A DNA stretch of 64,000 bases from contig OZ365113.1 of assembly GCA_977030845.1 (NCBI GenBank), positions 13,516,001 to 13,580,000 of the forward strand. Direction: 5' to 3'. Under the pieces are notes generated by a model, which saw nothing but the letters and a program-made list of their open reading frames with translations, searched no databases and was not told the DNA's origin. Below are positions 39,801 to 47,073 of the stretch, in pieces (position 1 is the first letter of the stretch; each line of letters starts with the position of its first letter). Position numbers and translations under genes: made by a program. The stretch comes from Fimbriosthenelais zetlandica (lineage: Eukaryota).

Positions 39801-41884
39801 TTTTCTGGTTCTATTTGTAGAGTTAATGCGTGATTGCCCAGTAGAATATCCTCTGCCTTTAAAATTGAGTCCATTTTTCTTTTACAAGCAATACAAATGG
39901 GAGGATCTTGTTTCAAGAGAGGCTGGAGACATCAGACTCCATATTCCACACCTGTTGCTCGGCCTGTCATTCAGGTACAACTGTTGTTATTATCCAACAC
40001 GGGTGTCATGCATGGGAAAAACAACGTGTTATAAATGGAGCTGCTGTCATAAAGAATGACATCCACAATGCCATCTTTTATATATCCAGTATTCAGGTTC
40101 CTTGTATGTAAGCGACATGCACCTGTAGTAAATATCACTGAGGGATAACAGCCTCTCTCCACAGTTGGAATCAATGATCAAGTGAAGCATTCAAATAGAG
40201 ACAATGTACATGTAGGTAGGCCGAGTCCATAATAGCGTCCCCAAGCTCGTACAATGCACGTGCTGTTGTGGTCGGTGGTGGTGGTGGCGCGGATGGTGGT
40301 AGCACTACAATCGGTGGTGCCTGCACCACACACCAGCAGAAGCCTTCTTCTCCAAGCTTGTACCGACACGCCCCATTCAAATGTCCAATAAACACTGAAC
40401 TAACGAACAGAGGACCAAACCAGGCGAAGAATGACCCATGGAAATATACTCCTAAATCAATAGACTCCCGACATAACAATACATCTTGGCTTATGAAGTT
40501 TTCGAGTGTTTGATATTTAAGTGGGTTGTAGGTTAGTGTTAGCCCGGCCCTCTCCGTAACTCCCTCTATCGGCCGACACAAAAATACCTTATTTATTTAC
40601 GGCCTAGAAGTGAGGGAGGAGGAGACGTATTGTGAAGAAACGGAGCTCCTACCCCTCAATTGAGGTCGGATAAATAGGAATGAATTCACGGCAGTTGGAG
40701 CATCGTACAGCACCATCACGCACGCTGTTTAATATTGAAAGAGCTTCAACTGCACCACATGCCCATATCCCAGGTTATGCACCAGTAAACAGGGTCACAA
40801 ATATGGGTGTTTAACAGCAATCCTGGATTTCATCCAATTTCACACAGGAATACAAACAGGGCATTTTTTTTTCAAATCTGACGAGTGTTAAATTTCATCA
40901 CAGTCATGATTCATTGTTATTTTCTGTACATATAACAATACTATAGCATTTAAACTAATTTAATTTTTAATAAAGTGAAGATCGATATTGAAGAATATAG
41001 AACAGCTGTGTAAAGTGGCGTATTGTCTCTCACCAACCCAAGCGGAACCTAATGAGGAAACCTTTATTACAATGAAGAAATGTTTCAAGGCGCAAAATAC
41101 TTTTGACAACTAATCAATTGATTTTCAACTACCACACATTGATTAGCTTTCAAACCGGTAAAATAATGCTAACATAAATGTTCAATACAGAACGGTCAGT
41201 GGGACATTTTCCACAGGAAATTGCTCGAGAACATGTGAATCAGGTTAATTTGTGCCTTGTATTTGTTAACACTCTTGACATCAATTCATGTAGATGTATT
41301 CCAAAGCCCCAACACTAACCTAATATTACATCACTCTGTACCAAGAAAGCACAAGGAATTAACACAGTGACATATGGCAAAGTATGAGCAGTATACACTA
41401 TAAATAATTGTACAATCATTAGCATATTCATAAATAGAACTGACCTCAACAACCTGTTTTCTTGAACCCTCAATCGGTTCAGAAGTACCCAATAAGATAT
41501 CATAAACTTACCTGGTATGGTAATCCATAGCATGTGTAGGTATGCGGTGGATTGTAGTGGACCTTTGGCTGCTCCTCCTGTGCATTGGACACATCCATGC
41601 ACTCAGGGCTGTCAAAATGATAGAATCAAAAATTAAAATTCATACCATCCATTCTACATTTATAATAAGTTCAGCTTTAACAATAATTGATGAAATTTAC
41701 ATTAGCAAATAATATCTTATAATCATCAGCCTGCCTTTAAACAATCATAGGTTGTGTCGATTTCCTAAAATTTATGCCAACATTTTATTTTTTTTAAACA
41801 TGTATTTTATAATGCTTACTCAGAGCCATTGGGTTTTTGTAGCAGACTCTCGGCCTTGACCCCGATCTGGGGTCTAACGTTCAT
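6386..41884 (-). CDS. KMT2E: KMT2E/MLL5-SETD5 family PHD-SET chromatin protein, whole spliced gene span (27 coding exons, about 2478 aa)
   Basis: Manually spliced exons sum to 7437 nt with all phases compatible. Family motifs appear in the expected order: [27 protein letters not shown] finger, SET with [63 protein letters not shown], Pro-rich tail. Probably the single invertebrate co-orthologue of KMT2E and SETD5. Confidence 0.95.
11851..12051. promoter_or_regulatory. Pair of IR1 nuclear-receptor response element matches (AGGTCAnTGACCA)
   Basis: AGGTCATTGACCA at 11851-11863 and AGGTCACTGACCA at 12039-12051, with additional GGTCA/TGACC half-sites at about 11550-11600. Confidence 0.45.
14621..14649 (+). 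repeat. (CATA)7 microsatellite
   Basis: Direct reading; lies just left of the MITE at 14665. Confidence 0.95.
14665..14984. mobile_element. Non-autonomous DNA transposon (MITE) with CAGGG termini, hAT-like
   Basis: Imperfect TIR CAGGGGTCGTAG...CTGCGAACCCTG; flanked by TTAAT on both sides; repeated subterminal CCAGGA(G/A) motifs. Confidence 0.7.
16127..16354 (-). CDS. KMT2E: KMT2E-like coding exon 26 (Gly/Pro/Gln-rich)
   Basis: ORF 16119..16379; ctttcag acceptor, AAA|GTGAGT donor, phase 1-1. Confidence 0.83.
19360..19479 (-). CDS. KMT2E: KMT2E-like coding exon 25 (ERRRL...poly-Pro...GTHN)
   Basis: ctgctacag acceptor, AATG|GTGAGT donor, phase 1-1, Pro-rich like the MLL5 C-terminus. Confidence 0.8.
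20290..20382. mobile_element. Truncated relic of a related CAGGG-type MITE (one end only)
   Basis: Repeated TTTAATGA(C/T) motifs ending in CGTAGGAACTCTG, which resembles a ...GGAACCCTG TIR; no partner TIR found. Confidence 0.35.
21345..21548 (-). CDS. KMT2E: KMT2E-like coding exon 24 (...[15 protein letters not shown]...); alternative in-frame acceptor at 21512
   Basis: ORF 21337..21537; phase 1-1; AAAG|GTTTGT donor; protein-like composition; I recognise no vertebrate homology. Confidence 0.8.
25761..26043 (-). CDS. KMT2E: KMT2E-like coding exon 23 ([13 protein letters not shown], poly-Ser, LAPLPLF)
   Basis: Conserved [12 protein letters not shown] motif of MLL5/SETD5; canonical sites. Confidence 0.94.
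26216..29011 (-). CDS. KMT2E: KMT2E-like coding exon 22, 2796 nt, acidic/Ser-rich disordered region containing an 11-aa tandem repeat
   Basis: 961-aa ORF 26180..29065; ttttgcag acceptor, AGA|GTAAGC donor; ends TPTKKR, which joins VSLLEYRKR of the next exon. Confidence 0.93.
26901..27164 (-). repeat. Coding minisatellite, 8 x 33 bp, encoding (A/V)[10 protein letters not shown]
   Basis: Unit GTTGCTGTATCAGGCAGAGCCCGTGAACTGGCT repeated 8 times with one internal substitution (Ala to Val). Confidence 0.97.
29254..29507 (-). CDS. KMT2E: KMT2E-like coding exon 21 ([15 protein letters not shown]...NSPLFE)
   Basis: Conserved TPLKKRR; ORF 29227..29526; canonical sites. Confidence 0.94.
29581..29865. 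repeat. Diverged intronic direct duplication (about 115 bp; 29581-29696 and 29753-29865)
   Basis: Both copies begin ACTTCAAATGTC, share TAGCG.TAATTAAAACAT.CGTTA, GTAATAATGA.CTGCAA and AGGTGAAG.CCATGGTCAAT, and end CAACTAACC. Confidence 0.85.
29934..30027 (-). CDS. KMT2E: KMT2E-like coding exon 20 (RWLRQAMFE...SPVPNG); possible in-frame longer form ending at 29865
   Basis: Matches MLL5 RWLKQALEE; tctctacag acceptor; GAG|GTATGA donor. Confidence 0.9.
31922..32179 (-). CDS. KMT2E: KMT2E-like coding exon 19 ([10 protein letters not shown]...CNLGSAKK)
   Basis: Matches MLL5 HLVNEWLSEK and GSCKK; ORF 31913..32185; canonical sites. Confidence 0.94.
32426..32633 (-). CDS. KMT2E: KMT2E-like coding exon 18 (...[11 protein letters not shown])
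   Basis: Conserved RFPKTKK; ttgacag acceptor, AAG|GTGGGT donor. Confidence 0.93.
32807..32842 (-). CDS. KMT2E: KMT2E-like coding exon 17, 36-nt micro-exon ([11 protein letters not shown])
   Basis: taatttag acceptor, GAG|GTGAGT strong donor; symmetric phase 2-2, so inclusion is not forced by frame. Confidence 0.65.
32976..33049 (-). CDS. KMT2E: KMT2E-like coding exon 16 ([24 protein letters not shown])
   Basis: ttacag acceptor, AT|GTAAGT donor; supplies the phase 0 to phase 2 change required by downstream exons. Confidence 0.85.
33208..33375 (-). CDS. KMT2E: KMT2E-like coding exon 15 ([31 protein letters not shown])
   Basis: Hallmark MLL5/SETD5/Set3 helix; canonical sites. Confidence 0.96.
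33695..33847 (-). CDS. KMT2E: KMT2E-like coding exon 14 (...[15 protein letters not shown])
   Basis: Ends like MLL5 ESEEQIAERKRKM; ATG|GTAAGT donor; 153 nt. Confidence 0.92.
33971..34274 (-). CDS. KMT2E: KMT2E-like coding exon 13 (KQSKKKRS...PPLKRRRL...KIKD)
   Basis: ORF 33953..34300; tttcag acceptor, GAC|GTAAGT donor; in frame. Confidence 0.9.
34415..34489 (-). CDS. KMT2E: KMT2E-like coding exon 12 (post-[18 protein letters not shown])
   Basis: CxC...CPV post-SET motif as in MLL5; canonical sites. Confidence 0.93.
34661..34770 (-). CDS. KMT2E: KMT2E-like coding exon 11 (SET C-part ...[17 protein letters not shown])
   Basis: Matches MLL5 IPKGTEITIAFDFDY; canonical sites. Confidence 0.96.
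34894..35011 (-). CDS. KMT2E: KMT2E-like coding exon 10 (SET core PFVLFYS...[17 protein letters not shown])
   Basis: Matches MLL5 PFVLFYS...[17 protein letters not shown]; canonical sites. Confidence 0.97.
35115..35221 (-). CDS. KMT2E: KMT2E-like coding exon 9 (SET N-part [27 protein letters not shown])
   Basis: Matches MLL5 LIIEYRGKFMLREQF; canonical sites. Confidence 0.96.
35345..35425 (-). CDS. KMT2E: KMT2E-like coding exon 8 ([27 protein letters not shown])
   Basis: ttttcag acceptor, AAG|GTGAGG donor, 81 nt, phase 0-0. Confidence 0.9.
35554..35904 (-). CDS. KMT2E: KMT2E-like coding exon 7 (KSP-repeat block followed by YEVAKSNQY)
   Basis: ORF 35518..35955; tttttcag acceptor, CAT|GTAAGT donor; the C-terminal part resembles MLL5 YEEANNNQY. 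Confidence 0.93.
36044..36232 (-). CDS. KMT2E: KMT2E-like coding exon 6 ([11 protein letters not shown]...KRPIRR)
   Basis: cttttcag acceptor, CGG|GTAAGA donor, 189 nt, phase 0-0, open frame. Confidence 0.88.
36341..36549 (-). CDS. KMT2E: KMT2E-like coding exon 5 (DSSTETEDE plus Lys-rich, NLS-like tract)
   Basis: ttgtag acceptor, AAG|GTAGGT donor, in frame; matches ORF 36332..36631. Confidence 0.92.
36677..36819 (-). CDS. KMT2E: KMT2E-like coding exon 4 (C-half of PHD finger [27 protein letters not shown])
   Basis: Completes the Cys4-His-Cys3 pattern; canonical splice sites. Confidence 0.97.
37102..37331 (-). CDS. KMT2E: KMT2E-like coding exon 3 (DHNY motif, [11 protein letters not shown]-half of PHD finger [19 protein letters not shown])
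   Basis: AG/GT boundaries; close similarity to the MLL5 N-terminus and PHD. Confidence 0.97.
41512..41608 (-). CDS. KMT2E: KMT2E-like coding exon 2 (PECMDVSN...[11 protein letters not shown])
   Basis: ttttgacag acceptor, CAG|GTAAGT donor; GLPYQ precedes DHNY as in MLL5 GLPYADHNY. Confidence 0.93.
41820..41884 (-). CDS. KMT2E: KMT2E-like coding exon 1 ([21 protein letters not shown]); whole exon 41820-41970
   Basis: Acceptor tttttag at 41971, in-frame stop upstream of the ATG, A at -3, donor GA|GTAAGC. Joins exon 2 to give GSDPE, like MLL5 GSEPE. Confidence 0.85.
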
Positions 41885-41945
41885 CGTGTTCGTATGTAGA
41901 GCCACAGAAACCTGCGAGGGGAGGGGGCTCGCTTGGCGGCCTCAT
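41874..41945 (-). other. uORF2 (23 aa, [23 protein letters not shown]) overlapping the main ATG in the third frame
   Basis: Read directly; tail of ORF-track entry 41874..42059. Confidence 0.6.
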
Positions 41946-41958
41946 CGAAAGCTTGCAT
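41881..41958 (-). other. uORF1 (25 aa, [25 protein letters not shown]) whose TGA overlaps the main ATG (ATGA)
   Basis: Read directly from the sequence within exon 41820-41970. Confidence 0.7.
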
Positions 41959-42379
41959 CGCTTCCAACCCCTAAAAATACTCCTGGAATAAAGAATAAAA
42001 GACATTAGCATGTGTGTAGAAAAGTGCATGCCCATAGATAAGAGACTCTTGAGGTACAAGAATAAACGCTTAAATTTAGATTTTTAGGCCACCTACAAAA
42101 AAAAAATCAAAATGCTTCTGCTAAGACTAAATGATAAAATGATAAACCATTAGCCCCCAGAGATTTTCACTGCATCATTATTTTTGGTTCACTTCTCTTC
42201 CACTATTACAGTCACAGATTCAATGCCTACATTATTCACCAGATGGCAGACCCGTGTGTGCTTTAATCATATGCCATGGGCCTGCGCAAGCGAGTAGCGA
42301 GACTCGAAGGTGGAGGTGACTCAAGTACCATGGACGCAAGGTGATTCTTGCCCAACCTTCTCTTATCAGTCTCTCTCCA

Positions 42380-42720
42380 CTGACCAAAAGGGTTTCATTC
42401 TAAGAGATAATATATCAACAAGGGACTGGCCTTTCAAACATGAGGATAAATAAGATATAACATGTATAACTGGTAAAGAATTACACAGGGAATTGAGGAA
42501 CAACATGGCGGCCATGGCTTTTGTAGGGCGTCTGTTTTGGGAACCAAGGAGATAGAATATGGCGGCCATCTTGGTTCAGCCTCGCTTTGATTCCTCTTCA
42601 ATGTTTTGATAACCAGGATAAGATTACACTTTACAAAACAGGTCATTCGTGGCCATCTATCATTCAAAATATAATTGAAAAAGATCTTATATTCCTACCA
42701 ACAGACCAAATTGGAGATAG
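42380..42720. mobile_element. Possible fragment of an abundant molluscan interspersed repeat (Helitron/Helentron-like)
   Basis: Clustered ATGGCGGCCAT motifs (ACATGGCGGCCATGG, AATATGGCGGCCATCTTGG). The resemblance to bivalve repeats is from memory only; termini not identified. Confidence 0.3.
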
Positions 42721-45526
42721 AAATTGAAATTTTAGGCGAAATGTTATGGAATTCTTTCGAGTGTTGAAATCTGAATATATTACTTTGGAAAAGGAACAAG
42801 AATAGACAAGATGGATAAGGAATACAGCCCTTCAAAATGCCAAGCGCCCAAGATCCAGACAGAATTTCTATTGATGTACCCCATTGGCCAATGTCATTGG
42901 TATAAATATGCCCTGGGTATGGAATAAAATTAAATCAAAACAAAAAATATTGACGCCCCCTCCCTTACATTATAATATTATCACACAGTTCATCAGTGAA
43001 GGAGACATTTTATGAGACTCAGAGAGGATATTGTGCAAAATTGGAACTGTTAAAAGGTTAATAGTAATCCTCGATATTTCAATGACTTAATACCCTACAG
43101 TTACACAATCTCAAGATTCGAATAAATGGCTTAATAATCCTACACCCACTACCACATAATATAATTTAACAAGATAGTATGGTTTTCATGTTCCAGTGAC
43201 CGTTTAATACTGAAGCCAACCAAGATATTTCACAACAAAATGGAGTATTCATCGCGTTATTCCTTATCACTTATAAATCCTGTAGTGATAAGTACCAGTT
43301 GAATATCTCCCTTGAGAGTAGTGTGTGTAACGGACTTTGAGAGATAAGACTGATAAGACAAAGTACGCCCTCATAGTTTCCATAAATTTAAGTTAATGCA
43401 GCAAAATACAGTACTTAATTCCTTTAAGCTAAAATAATGTACCACTTTTGAGTTATCACTTTTATATTAATCAATATAATTCTTTCATTTTCTAAGGGTA
43501 TAGCGATATTCAATTGGTAATATTGAGAAGGAGGAAGAAATTATAAAGAAAAGGATATTAACTCAGAACTGGCACTCCAACGAGCAAGTATTCATGTAGA
43601 AAATACACTTGGTGGCGACCTACGTAAATTGGTGTTTTGAGGTCATACAGACAGTCGGTGATCCATGTTGACAATATGTGTGGCACAGATTCAACACCAA
43701 CGCTACAGTACTCCCGACGAGGCCACACAACTGAAAACTCGTACACTTCACGCTGCTTTACTACTCAAGCGACTGATGAACACGTCGCTTATATTCAACT
43801 GGCTATGTCAGCAAGAATCCAAAATGGACATATTTGCTTCAAAGCGAAGGACCACCAGTGACCTCTAATTATAAAGCGTCCGACGTAGCTAAAAATAGTT
43901 TAGAGCAATCAAACGAATAAAGAAAAAAAACTGATTTCAAATTCGCCAGTAGACATGTAGTCTGCCTACACCAACTGACCAGTCAAAAATCCCATTTGAC
44001 TAAATATTACCAACGAAACGGGATGTAATGGTTATAAGATGGAAAAAGATTCTGGGAATAGCCTAAATATGACAAAGTTTAAGTCGTGGGTTAATATAAC
44101 ATGTATATGGGTGACATAAAATCTCCTTATAGTAATTTTGGTTGTCATAGCCTAGTTACAGTCAGATCTTAGGGATTTTTATCTAAATTTATTATATATT
44201 TGCCTATATTTTTATGCTCGGCCCTAATATACTTCAGTCTTCAACTTGTAATATACATGTAGAAGCAAATTTTAAAAAATATACGTACTATAATATAAAA
44301 TTAATACATAGCAGTGCGTTCCTTCTATCTGTATGTAATATTTGAACAAATTATATCTTGCAATTTATAAAACAATTGCAACCATATTATCATTCGTCGC
44401 CCAGATAAACACTTCAATACAGGGCATCCTTCACTATCTGGATCATCTACTCTTGAAATCCAAAAATTAATGCTAAAGATTGTAAAGTCACTAAATCTTG
44501 ATTGGAAATGCTTGAGGCTGCTCGAATATGCTACTTTAGTAGTACATAATTAGGCAGTCCAAAAAGATGTGCCAATGACGATGTATGTGGATCTCACCTT
44601 AAAAAAAGCTCATATTTGTATATTATTACATGAACATTGTCCGTAATATTATTAGATCTATTGGTACAATGGAACCAAAGGACCTACAGAACTAATATTT
44701 AAAACCAACAGAACTCAAGATGGCTGCAGAACTGAAGTGAAAATATAATCTGTGGAACAGAGTCAGAGAAAATGTGTGGATATCAGTGAATACACATACA
44801 ATTGGTAAATACCAGCTTCAAAGTATTTTGAAGACATCGTCCATAATAACTATAATTATATGATAGATTATACTAATTATATCGTCTCGGAATTTGTCTA
44901 GATTGTCCTAATTTCCCCCCAGATAATCCCTAGACACTATTAATAGGCTAGACTGTACTAACTATGTCTATGTCTATGACCCTCATTTTGTATTTTGTCT
45001 TAGCCCAGCAGTCAAAGATTCAGACCACCTATCACAATGTCATGTTCGTTAATTTTATCACCTCGCATGAAATCATTAATGGGGTCATAGGGTCTCAAGT
45101 TAATCGTCAAGTTTCACACGTTTTAGCGCCAAATATTAGCAGATGACATGAATATCAGCTATGGTGATAATAGGGGATGACCCGCCAACATTTTGACGGA
45201 CCGGGAACTCTACTCTCAGTGACAACGACAAACCAACGGACAGACCGCGTTTATAAAGAACTTGACAGGTACTCAAATGCGTCCAAGAAGGTAGATTAGT
45301 GTGTAACTTTCAATATATTTTATCAAATTGGACATTAGAGTGTGATGTTAATGTTGAAATGGGTTGAAAATTCAGCGTTCAAGCTGTTTGAGAGATGAAA
45401 ATGACAACGTCAATCTCCACTGTCAGATCGTTTCTCAGTGTTCGTGTTTACGACATTTTGGCTGGAGTCGACAGCTGAACGGATGCAATGAAAAGGCAAA
45501 TAATTCAATTGAGATACGAATCTTAC

Positions 45527-45960
45527 CTATAAAATGCCAACTAGCTGTTGACGTTGGTCACGCTGTCTTCTGTAATAGTTGGTATCCGACGATAACTTAG
45601 ATCTATCCAAAAAGAAAACAAAATGGACGATATCTTGGGTATCCAAAATATTGGCATAAAGTCCAATGTTTACAACCCGTTCATAAGGTTAATACGGCGG
45701 CGTTCCTCAAATTTAACACTCTACAAGGCTCTCGTTAGTATATCTGTGTATGATTCAGTCATTCGGTGTAATGTATATAGGGTGACACACTTTGAAAATC
45801 AGGAAAACATCCATCAACGAGTCTTGGCTGCTGTCCTCCATTGCATTTCCAATATGGCGGCCATTGACATTTGGAGGAAGTGGGGTTCTCACTTTCTAAA
45901 ACACGGAGGCCGCAACAAGTGCGCAGACGCAGCTCCGCAAATTTCTCGTGTCGGTGGGAC
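45527..45960 (-). other. KMT2E: Probable non-coding first exon (5' UTR) of the KMT2E-like gene; 5' end approximate
   Basis: Strong donor ATAG|GTAAGA at 45527/45526 downstream of a CpG-containing, YY1-motif region facing away from CADPS; next acceptor at 41970. The TSS is inferred. Confidence 0.55.
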
Positions 45961-46239
45961 TTCGAGAGATCTAAATTTTAACTTATTAATTTAATATGAA
46001 ATTATCTTTTGTGTGTATGATATGAATATTTACTTATATTTATTTGGAGTAAATGGGGGAATTGTTAGTTTTGGATAAATGATGATTTCCCCGTGCCAGA
46101 TGCGCGCATGCGCACTTCAATCCCAATTATGTTTTCATCTCAGTGCGGCCGAAGGTTTCTCGGATTTTGTTGCATATAGTATTTAGATTTCTTACAGTTT
46201 GTTCTATCGGTGATAGGAAAATAATTTAGAACTGCCAAC
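45840..46239. promoter_or_regulatory. Bidirectional promoter between the KMT2E-like gene and CADPS
   Basis: NRF1-type CGCGCATGCGCA at 46103-46114; double YY1-type AATATGGCGGCCATT at 45851-45865; CpG-containing flanks around an AT-rich spacer (about 45975-46080); divergent genes on either side. Confidence 0.7.
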
Positions 46240-47073
46240 ATGTTGGACCCATCGTCAAGTGAAGAAGAATCGGAAAATGAAACCGTGGAGGATGAAAACT
46301 CGGACGTTTTGAGCTTGCCAAGCGCTGATCAGAGGAGTCTGTCGGCAAGCGGAGATAACCTGAGTGTGGCTGGGGGAAGTCATGTGTCACACGCTTCACA
46401 CACCCACTCCCACTCTCACTCCCATTCTTCTAGATCCAACCATAGTGCACGACCCTCCAGTCCTAGTCCATCCTTAGTGTCAGAAAGGGAGAAAGAAGAA
46501 CATGATCGCATAGAGCGAGAAGAGGAAGAGAGGAAGAAACGATTACAACTGTACGTATTCGTTCTAAGATGCATCGCTTATCCTTTCAACGCCAAGCAGC
46601 CGACGGACATGGCTCGTCGGCAGACCAAAGTAAGCAAGCAACAACTGCAAACCATCAAAGAGCGCTTCCATGCGTTTCTAAACGGAGAGACAAATATTGT
46701 TGCAGATGAAGCTTTTACGAATGCAGTACAGAGCTATTACGAGGTATTTCTCAAGAGTGACAGAGTAGCAAACATGGTAAGAAGCGGAGGTTGCTCAGCC
46801 AACGACTTCCGAGAGGTGTTCAAGAACAACATAGAAAAGCGTGTCCGTAACCTCCCAGAAATCGATGGTCTGAGCAAAGAAACAGTCCTCAGTTCATGGA
46901 TGACGAAATTTGATCAGATATTTAGAGGAGAAGAAGATCCACGGAAACAGTCACAACGCATGAATACAGCACAATCGGAATTGATCTTAAGTAAGGAACA
47001 ACTATACGAGATGTTCCAGAACATCCTTGGAGTGAAGAAATACGAACATCAAATTCTGTACAATGCGTGCCAG
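46240..47073 (+). CDS. CADPS: CADPS/CAPS (UNC-31) calcium-dependent secretion activator, first coding exon (278 codons); the gene continues beyond the window
   Basis: [11 protein letters not shown] start; [69 protein letters not shown], all close to CAPS1; donor CAG|GTAAGA at 47073/47074, phase 0. Confidence 0.97.

Noticed and set aside
40171-40581. 136-aa minus ORF and neighbours in the intron between coding exons 2 and 3
   Set aside because: No recognisable homology or convincing splice pair; the Pro/Thr run comes from a short GGT repeat.
43560-43891. CpG-containing patch with a good minus-strand acceptor at 43889 (possible extra 5' UTR exon)
   Set aside because: No convincing donor could be fixed; cannot be supported without transcript data.
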